Shown: positions 39,984 to 48,750, counted from the first letter of the stretch. The stretch: 64,000 nt of DNA from an uncultured bacterium (GCA_937900255.1 CALCDZ010000002.1:73655-137654), one strand, 5' to 3'. A program made the numbers and translations. The notes: a model not told the origin generated them from the letters alone.

Positions 39984-40586
39984 TCACTCAGCGACGAATG
40001 TCACGGCGATACCGTCCGTTCTGAGCCAGTTGAGCATGGGGTTCGGGAGGGCGCCGACGAGAGCGCGCCTATGAGCGCGGCGGATGCGGCGGAGGATCTG
40101 GTTTTCCCAGCCATCATAGAGGGTGACGTCTGGATACCAGTTCGTTTGCGCCTCCGGATCGTCCGGGTTCCTGTAGCCGATGCTGCCGGTCCTATCGCAG
40201 GCGAACAGCCGCAGGTTTTCATGGGTGAGGCGAGGCAGCATCGCTTCGTTAAAGTCGGAAGCTCGGAGCTTGCCTTCCATGCCAGTGGCGTACTTCTTGA
40301 CCAGCATGTGCCATCGGGTGGCGATCGGGCTGGCCAGATGGATTTCGACTTCCTGGAGCAGGTCGGTGGGCAGGTGCTCGGGGATGCCGTGTGTACGGAG
40401 CCATGCGAGCGTTTCCTCGGTCAGGCCGAAACCCAAATTATGTGAAGGGTCGCCAGCGAGCTCTTTGCGGAGGCCGTCGATCAGGATGCCCTTGGCGCGG
40501 CCGTGGATGAAGGGAATGATCAGTGATTGTACCTCACCGAGGGCGACACCCCCGGCATTCACGTACCGTGCAGCGAAGTAACTCAT
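39984..40586 (-). CDS. hypothetical protein with internal repeat
   Basis: Clean 200-aa ORF, SD AAGGAG, promoter TTGCAA-17-CACGCT. Confidence 0.7.
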   Translation of the reverse strand: MSYFAARYVNAGGVALGEVQSLIIPFIHGRAKGILIDGLRKELAGDPSHNLGFGLTEETLAWLRTHGIPEHLPTDLLQEVEIHLASPIATRWHMLVKKYATGMEGKLRASDFNEAMLPRLTHENLRLFACDRTGSIGYRNPDDPEAQTNWYPDVTLYDGWENQILRRIRRAHRRALVGALPNPMLNWLRTDGIAVTFVAE

Positions 40587-40727
40587 CGGACACTCCTTGC
40601 AAGCGTGTGGCGCAAGCGTGCCATACATCGAGCATGATTGCAAGACTCTTGAAATCGGCTGGCAGGAGCGCAGAGTTCCAAATAATGATGGTAAAAAGAC
40701 GGCCGCTGGGGCCGTCTTTTCCCGTTC

Positions 40728-41249
40728 CTAGGCTTTTCCGAGCGTCTTCTCTCCGGGCGTCCACTCCAGCGGGCAGAGTTCGCCGGTCTGGAGGGCCTGC
40801 AGGGCGCGGAGGGTCTCCTTGACGGAGCGCCCGACGCCGTTGTCGTGGACCAGGGCGTAACGGACTTTGCCTTCAGGATCGATGATGAAGGTTCCGCGCA
40901 GCGAAACGCCTTCTTCTTCGACCAGGACTCCGTAGTCGCGGCTGACGGCCATGGTCTTGTCGGAGAGCAGCGGGTACTTGAGGGCGCCGAGCTCCTTCAG
41001 CCATGCCTTGTGCGAGTGGACCGAGTCGGTCGAGACGCCCAGCACCTTGGCGTTCAGCTTCTCGAACTCTTCGTCGGCTTTGGAGAAGCCGGTGATCTCC
41101 GTCGGGCAGATGAAGGTGAAGTCGAGCGGGTAGAAGAACAGCACGACCCACTTGCCGCGGTAGTCCGTGAGGGCGTGGAACTCGAAGGCCTCGTGCGAGA
41201 CGCCTTGGAGCTTGAAGTCCGGCGCCTGCTTGCCGATCAGCGTTTGCAT
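40728..41249 (-). CDS. ahpC: 2-Cys peroxiredoxin (AhpC/TSA)
   Basis: FFYPLDFTFICPTE, GRSV.E, ELCP. Confidence 0.95.
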   Translation of the reverse strand: MQTLIGKQAPDFKLQGVSHEAFEFHALTDYRGKWVVLFFYPLDFTFICPTEITGFSKADEEFEKLNAKVLGVSTDSVHSHKAWLKELGALKYPLLSDKTMAVSRDYGVLVEEEGVSLRGTFIIDPEGKVRYALVHDNGVGRSVKETLRALQALQTGELCPLEWTPGEKTLGKA

Positions 41250-41265
41250 GGCGATTCCTTATGAT

Positions 41266-41300
41266 AATGAAGAGCCTCGCCGCGGAGGCGAGGCTTCATC
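41266..41300. other. stable hairpin between sod and ahpC
   Basis: atgaag-a-gcctcgcc-gcgga-ggcgaggc-ttcat. Confidence 0.6.
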
Positions 41301-41306
41301 ATAACT

Positions 41307-41906
41307 TCAGGCTTTCGGCAGGTCAAACTTCTCGAGCTGGGCGTTGACGGCGGCCCAATCGACGATCTGCATGAAGGCCTCGATGTACTTCTTCTTTCCG
41401 GTGGCGTAGTCGATGAAGTAGGCGTGCTCGTAGATGTCGAGCACCAGGAGCGGGACCTGGCCCCAGACGCCGCCCTGGTTGTGGATGTCGCAGACGATGT
41501 TCATGAGGCGCTTCTCCTCCAAATCATAGGCCAGGACGGTCCAGCCACGGGAAGCCAGGCCGCAGGCGGCGAACTCGGCGGCCCATTTCTCGAAGGAGCC
41601 GAAATCACGCATGATAAGGTCGGCGATGGCGCCTTCCGGAGCGCCGCCCTTGCCGCCGAGGTTGTCGAAATAGCGTTCGTGGAGCTTCACGCCGTTCAAG
41701 GCAAAGGTCTCCTCGATCTTCAGTTCACGCAGGTCGCTGTGGGTGGCGTTGGCGAGCGTGAGGTCGACGGCGCCGAGCTTGGCGCGGATCTCGTTGGTCT
41801 TCTTGACGTAGCCGGCGTACAGGACGTCGTGGTGCTCGGAGAGCTGTTTTTCAGATAGTCCGGGCAGTTCCTTGTACTTGAGAGGTTTCACTTGCAGTTC
41901 CGACAT
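41307..41906 (-). CDS. sod: Fe/Mn superoxide dismutase
   Basis: EHH..LYAGYV, NG..LHE.YF, FGS, GW, LVLDIYEHAY..DY. Confidence 0.93.
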   Translation of the reverse strand: MSELQVKPLKYKELPGLSEKQLSEHHDVLYAGYVKKTNEIRAKLGAVDLTLANATHSDLRELKIEETFALNGVKLHERYFDNLGGKGGAPEGAIADLIMRDFGSFEKWAAEFAACGLASRGWTVLAYDLEEKRLMNIVCDIHNQGGVWGQVPLLVLDIYEHAYFIDYATGKKKYIEAFMQIVDWAAVNAQLEKFDLPKA

Positions 41907-41965
41907 AAAGGAGAGTTCGTACGTTAGGGACGGGCTCAAGCATAGCAAACCCCTCCGGAAAGCGT

Positions 41966-42073
41966 CTATGAGGCCAGCGAGTCCACGGCACCTTCATATT
42001 CCGAGATTTCGAACCAATCCACGGCACGTCCTACCAGGCGGCGATACATCGATTTGAACTTCCTTCTGCTCAT
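41966..42073 (-). CDS. putative 35-aa small protein immediately downstream of lexA (not in ORF track)
   Basis: MSRRKFKSMYRRLVGRAVDWFEISEYEGAVDSLAS*; starts 10 nt after the lexA stop in the genome-typical tATG context. Confidence 0.45.
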   Translation of the reverse strand: MSRRKFKSMYRRLVGRAVDWFEISEYEGAVDSLAS

Positions 42074-42083
42074 ATATATGCGG

Positions 42084-42686
42084 TTAGTATTTTCGGAGCA
42101 CGGCGCGGACGACGCCTTGAATCAGGGGGTCGAAGGCGTAGATGGGGGACATGGTGGCGTTGGCGGGCTGGAGGCGGATGCGGTTCGTTTCCCGATAGAA
42201 GCGCTTGAGGGTGGCGTAGGTGTTTTCGAGCAGGGCCACGACGATGTCGCCATTCTTGGGCGAAGGGTTGCGTTCGACCACCACGTAGTCGCCGTCCAAG
42301 ATGCCGTCATCGATCATCGAGGTGCCCTTCACCTTCAGGACGTAGGAGTTGATCTCGTCGACGACCATGTCCGCCGGGACGTCGATCGTATCGTCGGTCT
42401 CGATCGCTTCGATCGGAGAACCGGCGGTGATCAGTCCACGCAGGGGCAGCCCGATGGCCGGCCGGCGCATGGTCGCTTTGGGCGTCAGCGAGAGGGAGCG
42501 CCCGCCGTCGTGCCGGAGGACGTAGCCTTTCTTTTCGAGCAGCGACACGTGCTTGTGGATGGTGGCGGGACTGGACGCGCCCATGGCCGTCGCGAGTTCG
42601 CGGTAGCTCGGCATGACCCCGCGCATCCCGACGTGTTCCTGGATGGCATCCAGCAACTCTTTCTGTTTTGAAGTGAGCTCGAACAT
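42084..42686 (-). CDS. lexA: SOS repressor LexA
   Basis: LT.KQ, PSYRELA wHTH, ITAG.P cleavage site, GTSM, TLKR. Confidence 0.95.
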   Translation of the reverse strand: MFELTSKQKELLDAIQEHVGMRGVMPSYRELATAMGASSPATIHKHVSLLEKKGYVLRHDGGRSLSLTPKATMRRPAIGLPLRGLITAGSPIEAIETDDTIDVPADMVVDEINSYVLKVKGTSMIDDGILDGDYVVVERNPSPKNGDIVVALLENTYATLKRFYRETNRIRLQPANATMSPIYAFDPLIQGVVRAVLRKY

Positions 42687-42705
42687 AGATGGAGCGTGAT
42701 TAGAT

Positions 42706-42746
42706 GTTCGCTTATCGTTCGCAGTATAGACGAACGAAAGGCGAAC
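42706..42746. promoter_or_regulatory. two putative LexA operators (GTTC-N7-GTTC and GAAC-N7-GAAC) over the lexA promoter
   Basis: gttc-gcttatc-gttc 42706-42720; gaac-gaaaggc-gaac 42732-42746; minus-strand TATACT between them. Confidence 0.75.
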
Positions 42747-42843
42747 GCGTCAAGCAGTAGACTGTGGACAACTTTTTGCCTTGTTTGAGGCCGGGCGTGT
42801 TGCTATACTCGCGGTGGTTAAAAATTCTGGATGATCTTTACGT

Positions 42844-43050
42844 ATGGGCATGTCGTACGCCTGTCCCTTCTGCGGAGAACTGAACGCCCGTGACCTCGCC
42901 TTCCGCTGCGGCCTCTGCAGCGCCGCGACCGTCGACGAGGCTGATGGCGCGTTCTTCTGCAACAGCTGCGGCGAAATCCGGAAAGACGATCTTTCCCTTG
43001 AATGCGGATTGTGCGGCGCCGAAGAATTGGCTGTCGCCGAAGCTGCGTGA
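42844..43050 (+). CDS. small Cys-rich zinc-ribbon protein (4 CxxC)
   Basis: CPFC, CGLC, CNSC, CGLC; promoter TTGTTT-17-TATACT; terminator follows. Confidence 0.75.
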   Translation: MGMSYACPFCGELNARDLAFRCGLCSAATVDEADGAFFCNSCGEIRKDDLSLECGLCGAEELAVAEAA

Positions 43051-43067
43051 CCGGCTCGATCGGAAAG

Positions 43068-43097
43068 GAAACCCCGCGGAAAGATCCGCGGGGTTTT
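43068..43097 (+). terminator. intrinsic terminator
   Basis: aaaccccgcgga-aaga-tccgcggggtttt. Confidence 0.8.
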
Positions 43098-43111
43098 GCG
43101 TCCCGCCGGCA

Positions 43112-43140
43112 TTGACAAGTCGCCTGGAAAATGCGAGAAT
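43112..43140 (+). promoter_or_regulatory. sigma70 promoter of the kinase gene
   Basis: TTGACA-17-GAGAAT. Confidence 0.6.
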
Positions 43141-43176
43141 CACGCCTGCATGATCTTTGAAAGGTGGGTACCTTAA

Positions 43177-44019
43177 ATGGAAAACGGTCCGTTTCCAGAA
43201 AGAGTCCTCGGGGGACGCTATGTCCTTGACTGTCTGCTGGAAAAGGGTGGCATGAGCCATATCTATCGCGCTTGGGACAGCGTCGGCGACACGTACGTCG
43301 CGATCAAGATCGCCGACCCGGGTACGTCCGGTCGCGACGTCCTCAGGCTGCAGCGGGAAGTCGTCGCTCTTGCCGGCCTGCGCCATCCGCGCGTCGTGCA
43401 GGTGCTCGATGCCGGTTTTGCGCGATCGACGAATACGCCCGGTTATTATGCCGCTCTCGAGCTTCTCGATGGCATCCCGCTCGATGAGTTTCGGGCTCAC
43501 GGAGAAGTCGCTTGCTGCATCAGGATCATCCTGGAGCTTCTGGAGGGCTTGGAGGCCGTGCATGCCGCCGGGTTGGTGCATTGCGACATCAAGCCGGACA
43601 ACATCGTGCTTACGTGCGCAGGCCTGAAGATCATCGATTTCGGGATCGCTACGCTCACGGCGAGGCTCCGTCCGGAAGACATCGAACCTCCCGGACTTTG
43701 CACGGGCACCCCTCTGTTCATGGCCCCGGAGCAGCATCTTGCACGGCGCCTTCTTGATGCCCGGACCGATCTGTATGCGTGCGGCCTCACCCTCTATTTC
43801 CTATTGACAGGCACGTTCGCATTTCCGGATAAGACGTCGTATCAGGAACTCGTGGGGATGAAGATGGAAGATCGCTCCGCTCCCTTTTCGGCGTCAGCTC
43901 CGAAGTTCAGGTTCCCGCCCGGCCTTGAAGACGCGGTGTCTCGTGCGCTTCGTGCCGATCCGGATCAACGGTACCAATCCGCAGACGAGATGCGGTGGGC
44001 ATTGCGTCAGTTCATCTGA
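43177..44019 (+). CDS. Hanks-type Ser/Thr protein kinase (stand-alone, cytoplasmic, non-RD)
   Basis: KGGMSHIY, VAIK, RE, HCDIKPDN, DFG, GTPLFMAPE, DLYACG, R. Confidence 0.93.
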   Translation: MENGPFPERVLGGRYVLDCLLEKGGMSHIYRAWDSVGDTYVAIKIADPGTSGRDVLRLQREVVALAGLRHPRVVQVLDAGFARSTNTPGYYAALELLDGIPLDEFRAHGEVACCIRIILELLEGLEAVHAAGLVHCDIKPDNIVLTCAGLKIIDFGIATLTARLRPEDIEPPGLCTGTPLFMAPEQHLARRLLDARTDLYACGLTLYFLLTGTFAFPDKTSYQELVGMKMEDRSAPFSASAPKFRFPPGLEDAVSRALRADPDQRYQSADEMRWALRQFI

Positions 44020-44032
44020 TCGCCGTTCGAGC

Positions 44033-44056
44033 GCCGACCCAAGCGGGTCGGTTTTA
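44033..44056 (+). terminator. intrinsic terminator
   Basis: gccgaccc-aagc-gggtcggt-ttt. Confidence 0.7.
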
Positions 44057-44129
44057 TTGTCTCAAAGCCTGACGGCGTGCCTGCTTTTCCTGTATGATGA
44101 GCCCGTCATTCTTCCCGTTAAAAGGCGTT

Positions 44130-44972
44130 ATGGGGCATAGAGTTTCATCGGAACGGCCTCTTGTGGAAAAGGGCGAAAGCAAGATCGAACGCGGACTGAA
44201 CGAGTTCCGCCTGTATCGCGTCGCCCCGGCCGATCGGCTGCTGCATCTCCAGCCGTCAGGCGAAGATGATGCGGCGCGCGCCTACTACCAGCGGACCCTG
44301 CATTTCACGACGCAGAAGAACATGGCACTGGAGTACCGGAACCCGGATGGCAGGAAGACGGTCCTGCTCGAACAGCGCGGGAAGGATTTTCTCGAAGACT
44401 TGAGGGATTTCGAGACGAGCGCTCCGGACGTGCGTCTGCTCCTGCTCAGCCATGAGGACCTGCGACCGATGGCCGCAGGGAACCTCAAAGGCATGCGCCC
44501 CGAAGACGCGCAGCGGTTCCTGGCCTCACGGACCTACCGGCCCTCGGAGGTCTCGCTCCGGGCCTTCCGTCAGAGCGCCGAAGTCGCGGTCTTCATGCCG
44601 GAAGGCGAGGATGTCCTGCTGCTCACGCAATCGCACCTCAAGATCAAAGGCTTGAAGGGGCTGGTCGACGCGGCCGGCAAGCGCGACGGTCGGTATCCGT
44701 ACGGATCGGGCGGGTTCCATGTGGCCGCCGGCGTCCGGCATCACGAAGGCGATCCGCGGCTCAAGAAGCTGCAGGCCGAGAAACGGGCGCTGGAACGCGC
44801 AGGAGAACGGATCGTCGAAGAAATCGTCAGGACGGCGCGGCAGGCGTCGCCTCCGGAAACGGAGGCTGTCATGCAGGCACGCCGGGAGGAGGAACGGAAG
44901 CGGCGGCTCGAGAACGAACGTGAAATCTCCGAGCTGCGCTGGCGCATCCAGGATCTGCATGACGGTACGTGA
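44130..44972 (+). CDS. hypothetical protein with C-terminal coiled coil
   Basis: Long ORF with typical codon usage, coupled to cca. Confidence 0.75.
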   Translation: MGHRVSSERPLVEKGESKIERGLNEFRLYRVAPADRLLHLQPSGEDDAARAYYQRTLHFTTQKNMALEYRNPDGRKTVLLEQRGKDFLEDLRDFETSAPDVRLLLLSHEDLRPMAAGNLKGMRPEDAQRFLASRTYRPSEVSLRAFRQSAEVAVFMPEGEDVLLLTQSHLKIKGLKGLVDAAGKRDGRYPYGSGGFHVAAGVRHHEGDPRLKKLQAEKRALERAGERIVEEIVRTARQASPPETEAVMQARREEERKRRLENEREISELRWRIQDLHDGT

Positions 44973-44973
44973 T

Positions 44974-46245
44974 ATGTTCGAAGGTCATCCCGTCAAGGAA
45001 CGCCTGCGCGCCTGGTCCCAAGAACTGCCGGGTTCGCGCTGGTACGTGGTCGGCGGCGCGGTGCGGGATGCCTTGCTGGGCCGCGTCATCAAGGATGTCG
45101 ACGTGCTGGTCGCGGGCGTCGCGCCGGAGGACCTCGTGGCATTCTTGGAAGCGCGTGGCGCCGTCGACTATGTCGGTCGCGTCTTCGGAGTCTTCAAGTT
45201 CGCCTCGCGCGAAGGAGGCATCCGCATCGACATCGCCCTGCCGCGTCGCGAACGGTCGGCAGGGACGGGCGGCTATCGCGACGTGGCGGCGCAGTCCGAT
45301 CCCGGCTTGCCGATCGAAGATGACCTTGCACGACGTGATTTCACGATCAACGCCATGGCATGGGACGCGACCGAGGGGGTCATCGTCGATCCCTTCGGCG
45401 GCGTCGCCGACCTCGGGCGCAAGATGCTGCGGGCCGTCGGAGACGCGGAAACGCGTTTCTTGGAAGACTGCACGCGGATGTTGCGCGCCCTGCGCTTCTC
45501 TTGCCAGTTGGGATTCGTCATCGAACCGCTGACCTGGGGCGCGCTCGGGCGGCTCATGCCGCGCATCGAGGGCGTGCGGGAGGGGGAGCGCCTGGTGCCG
45601 TACGAGCTCATCGCCCGCGAGCTCCTGAAAAGCCTGGAAGCGGATCCGGGGCGCGCGGTCGAGATGTGGCGCGGCAGCGGGGCGTTCCGCGCTTTCCTGC
45701 CGGAGCTCGTCGCGGAGGATGCGGTCGCGCGTCGCTTGGCGGCGATCGGTCCTGGTCATGGCGAAGCCACGTTCGCGGGGCTGCTCCATGACGCGGGTCC
45801 GGAGCGGGCCGGCGCGATCGCGGAGCGGTTGCGCGCTTCGGCGGTCCCGGGTTTCGACGTCTCGCGCGGCCGTGTCAGTCGGACGATCGACCTCGCGCAC
45901 AGGATGCAGGCGCGCGGCGCAGAGGACTGGCGCCCTTCGGAACTCCGCCGCAGCTTCCTGGCCGATGCCGTCGTCGGCGATGACGCGCTGCTCCTGGCGG
46001 GCGGCTTGGGCGTCGATCCGGAAGCTTACGTGCGACGTCTGGCATCGATCCGCGAACGATGCGCGGCTCCGCTTCTGGACGGCGAAGGCGTGATGCGCCT
46101 TTTGGGCCTGAAGCCCGGTCCGGAAATCCGCCAGGCGCTCGACCTCTTGATGGATGCGCAGGCAGAGGGTAAGATCGGCAGTCCTGAGGAGGCCGAAGCC
46201 TTCTTGAAGGACGCCGACCATGACCTTCGTCATCCACTATGCTGA
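44974..46245 (+). CDS. cca: CCA-adding tRNA nucleotidyltransferase family protein
   Basis: VGGAVRD.LLG...KDVD, DLARRDFTINAMA, DPFGG..DL, RFLED..RMLRA.RF. Confidence 0.9.
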   Translation: MFEGHPVKERLRAWSQELPGSRWYVVGGAVRDALLGRVIKDVDVLVAGVAPEDLVAFLEARGAVDYVGRVFGVFKFASREGGIRIDIALPRRERSAGTGGYRDVAAQSDPGLPIEDDLARRDFTINAMAWDATEGVIVDPFGGVADLGRKMLRAVGDAETRFLEDCTRMLRALRFSCQLGFVIEPLTWGALGRLMPRIEGVREGERLVPYELIARELLKSLEADPGRAVEMWRGSGAFRAFLPELVAEDAVARRLAAIGPGHGEATFAGLLHDAGPERAGAIAERLRASAVPGFDVSRGRVSRTIDLAHRMQARGAEDWRPSELRRSFLADAVVGDDALLLAGGLGVDPEAYVRRLASIRERCAAPLLDGEGVMRLLGLKPGPEIRQALDLLMDAQAEGKIGSPEEAEAFLKDADHDLRHPLC

Positions 46246-47380
46246 ACTCGGCATCAAAGGGAAGAACCGCGCCTATTTCGAGGAGCGGCTGGTTTCGAAC
46301 ATCAAGACGCAGCTGAAAGGCCTCCACGCGACGGAAATCCGCCGCCGCACGGGCCTGGTCCGCGTGGAGGTCGGGGACGAGCACGCGCCGGAAGTCCTGA
46401 AGCGCCTGCTCTCGGTGGCCGGCGTCGCCACCATCCAACCCTGCGCCAAGGTCGCTCCGGACGTGGAGGCGATCCTGACGGAAAGCGCCCGCCGCTTCAT
46501 CGGAGCGCGAGGCACGTTCCGCGTGACCGTCCGTCGCCCCGACAAACGTTTCCCGATGACGTCGCAGGACCTTTCGTCCGAAGTCGGAGCGGCGATCCTT
46601 CGAGCCAACCCGGAATTGAAGGTCGACCTGCACGCGCCTGACCGCACCTGCTGGATCGAAGTGACGCATGACGGAGCGTACGTCGCCGACGAGAAGCTGA
46701 AGGGCGCCGGAGGGCTGCCGGCCGGGACCGGCGGCAAGCTGGTCTCACTGCTTTCGGGCGGCATCGATTCGCCCGTCGCCTCGTGGATGATGGCCCGGCG
46801 CGGCGCCAAGCTGCACTACGTGCATTTCCATAACTTCCCGTACACCGACCGCGCGTCGATCGACATCGCGAAGGACCTGGCGCTCGTGCTGAACCGAACG
46901 GCCGTCCAAGCGCATCTTTCGCTCGTGAACCTCACGCCCATCCAGGAAGAGATCGCCGCGCTCTGCAACCCGCAGTACCGCGTCATCCTGTACCGCCGCA
47001 TGATGTTCCGCATCGCCGAACGCCTGGCCCTCCGTGAGAAGGCGGGCGGTCTCGTGACCGGCGAATCGCTCGGGCAGGTCGCTTCGCAGACCGTCGAGAA
47101 CCTGAGGACGATCGAAGCCGTCACGCGCCTGCCGATCCTGCGACCGCTCATCGGCATGGACAAGGAGGAGATCGTCACGCGCGCCAAGGCCATCGGCACC
47201 TACGAGCTCTCCATCCGCCCGCATGCCGACTGCTGCTCGCTCTTCCTCCCGGAACGCCCGGCCACCAAGACGATGGAAGACCTCGTGGCTGAAGACGAGA
47301 AAAAGCTCGATGTCGGGAAGCTCGTCGAGGCGGCGCTGGGCGAGGAAGAAAAGCTGGACCTCAAGGAGGTCGCGTGGTGA
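46220..47380 (+). CDS. thiI: tRNA 4-thiouridine(8) synthase
   Basis: ELGIKGKNR, THUMP domain, LSGGIDSPVA, GESLGQVASQT, DCC. Confidence 0.95.
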   Translation: MTFVIHYAELGIKGKNRAYFEERLVSNIKTQLKGLHATEIRRRTGLVRVEVGDEHAPEVLKRLLSVAGVATIQPCAKVAPDVEAILTESARRFIGARGTFRVTVRRPDKRFPMTSQDLSSEVGAAILRANPELKVDLHAPDRTCWIEVTHDGAYVADEKLKGAGGLPAGTGGKLVSLLSGGIDSPVASWMMARRGAKLHYVHFHNFPYTDRASIDIAKDLALVLNRTAVQAHLSLVNLTPIQEEIAALCNPQYRVILYRRMMFRIAERLALREKAGGLVTGESLGQVASQTVENLRTIEAVTRLPILRPLIGMDKEEIVTRAKAIGTYELSIRPHADCCSLFLPERPATKTMEDLVAEDEKKLDVGKLVEAALGEEEKLDLKEVAW

Positions 47381-47417
47381 GACTTTGAGACAAAAAAACG
47401 ATCCAGCGACGGATCGG

Positions 47418-47699
47418 TCATGAGGACGCGTAGTAGAGAATGATGATCGAGGTCGTGATGGTCGAGGCGCCGGCCAGGGTCACCATCAGCATCCGGTTCC
47501 GTGTCAGGAAGCCGTCGAAGCTGTAGGCCAGTTGGACCGCCAGGATGATCCAGAACATCGTGATGCTGATCCCGGCCGTCTGTCGGGTCATGACGAGCCT
47601 CACCAGCTGCGGCAGCATGGCGCATGTGTTCATGACCCCGAAGACCCACTTTAGATACCTCCAGCGCAGGCACGCGGCGATCCGTTCCCTTGTCGGCAT
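47418..47699 (-). CDS. SemiSWEET / PQ-loop family small transporter
   Basis: 3 TM, AMLPQL..L..TRQTAGIS; SD GGAGGT. Confidence 0.75.
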   Translation of the reverse strand: MPTRERIAACLRWRYLKWVFGVMNTCAMLPQLVRLVMTRQTAGISITMFWIILAVQLAYSFDGFLTRNRMLMVTLAGASTITTSIIILYYASS

Positions 47700-47793
47700 G
47701 CTCTTACCTCCGCGGCATCCGTATCATGCCGGAAGCCTCGTGTCAAGGCGAGCTTCACAAAAAGCTCCGAAAAATGTAGGATTCTTCCTGTAT

Positions 47794-48750
47794 ATGAGTA
47801 TCGAACGACCGGAAGCCAAGCGTCCCGATGCGGTGACGCCAGTGCTCGACTCGATCATGACGTTCAAGGAGTATCGGGTGTTGGAACACCCGACGCCGTA
47901 TGTTTTTGAGGCGCACGGATGCGGACGTGAACTCCTGTATTTCGGAGCGCATCACAGCGAGGATCCTGCCGATGCGATGTTCGACGACCTCAAGGCGCGC
48001 TTCGAGACGTTCACCGAAAGCCATCCTCCAGAGGATTCGCTCGTCGTCATCGAAGGCGGTGTGCGTCCGGACGATGCGGATGAGGCCGCCGCCCGGCGTT
48101 CCGGAGAACCGAATTTCACTCAATACCTGGCGCGAGAAAAAGGCTACGAAGTCGTGAGTCCGGAGCCGTCGGATTCCATGTTGTGCGAGAAGTTGATCGA
48201 AGCCGGCTATGCGAAAGAGGATATCGCCGTCGCCGAATGCATCATGCGATTCAGCTACGTGACCAGAGTGCAAAAGCGGCATCCGACGATGGAGGACGTC
48301 GAGAGCGCGTATTTCCGCCTCGAGCCGTTCCTTCAGCTCGATTGGGCTGGCGAGTTGCCTTCGAACGAAGACTTGAAGAAGCTCAAGCAGGACGATCCAG
48401 AAGACTTCGAACGGTTTCGAAAGGGGATTGATCGGCGCATTCTCGATCGGCTGGAGGCACGTTTCTTCATCGTCACGGGTAAGCGGATGCGCAGAGATGA
48501 GGAGGCCAGCGAAGATGAATTCCCGGTCGATCCGAAATTGATGGAGGCTCATGACGATCCCGCCGATGCGGCCGGAGTCGGAGGGCCGTATGTCGCCATC
48601 CACGCGTTGACGAGCGAGATTCGGGACCGCGCTATCGTCCGCACGATCGGTCAGGCCTTGATGGGCGGCAAGAGCGTCTTCGTCGTCTACGGCGCCTCGC
48701 ATGCCGTCATGCAGGAACCCGCTTTGAAGAAAATGATGGAAACGCTATGA
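47794..48750 (+). CDS. hypothetical protein, TraB/Tiki/EreA-ChaN-like fold
   Basis: YFGAHH, VIEG, GEP, RDRAIV..I...L...KSVFVVYGASH. Confidence 0.65.
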   Translation: MSIERPEAKRPDAVTPVLDSIMTFKEYRVLEHPTPYVFEAHGCGRELLYFGAHHSEDPADAMFDDLKARFETFTESHPPEDSLVVIEGGVRPDDADEAAARRSGEPNFTQYLAREKGYEVVSPEPSDSMLCEKLIEAGYAKEDIAVAECIMRFSYVTRVQKRHPTMEDVESAYFRLEPFLQLDWAGELPSNEDLKKLKQDDPEDFERFRKGIDRRILDRLEARFFIVTGKRMRRDEEASEDEFPVDPKLMEAHDDPADAAGVGGPYVAIHALTSEIRDRAIVRTIGQALMGGKSVFVVYGASHAVMQEPALKKMMETL

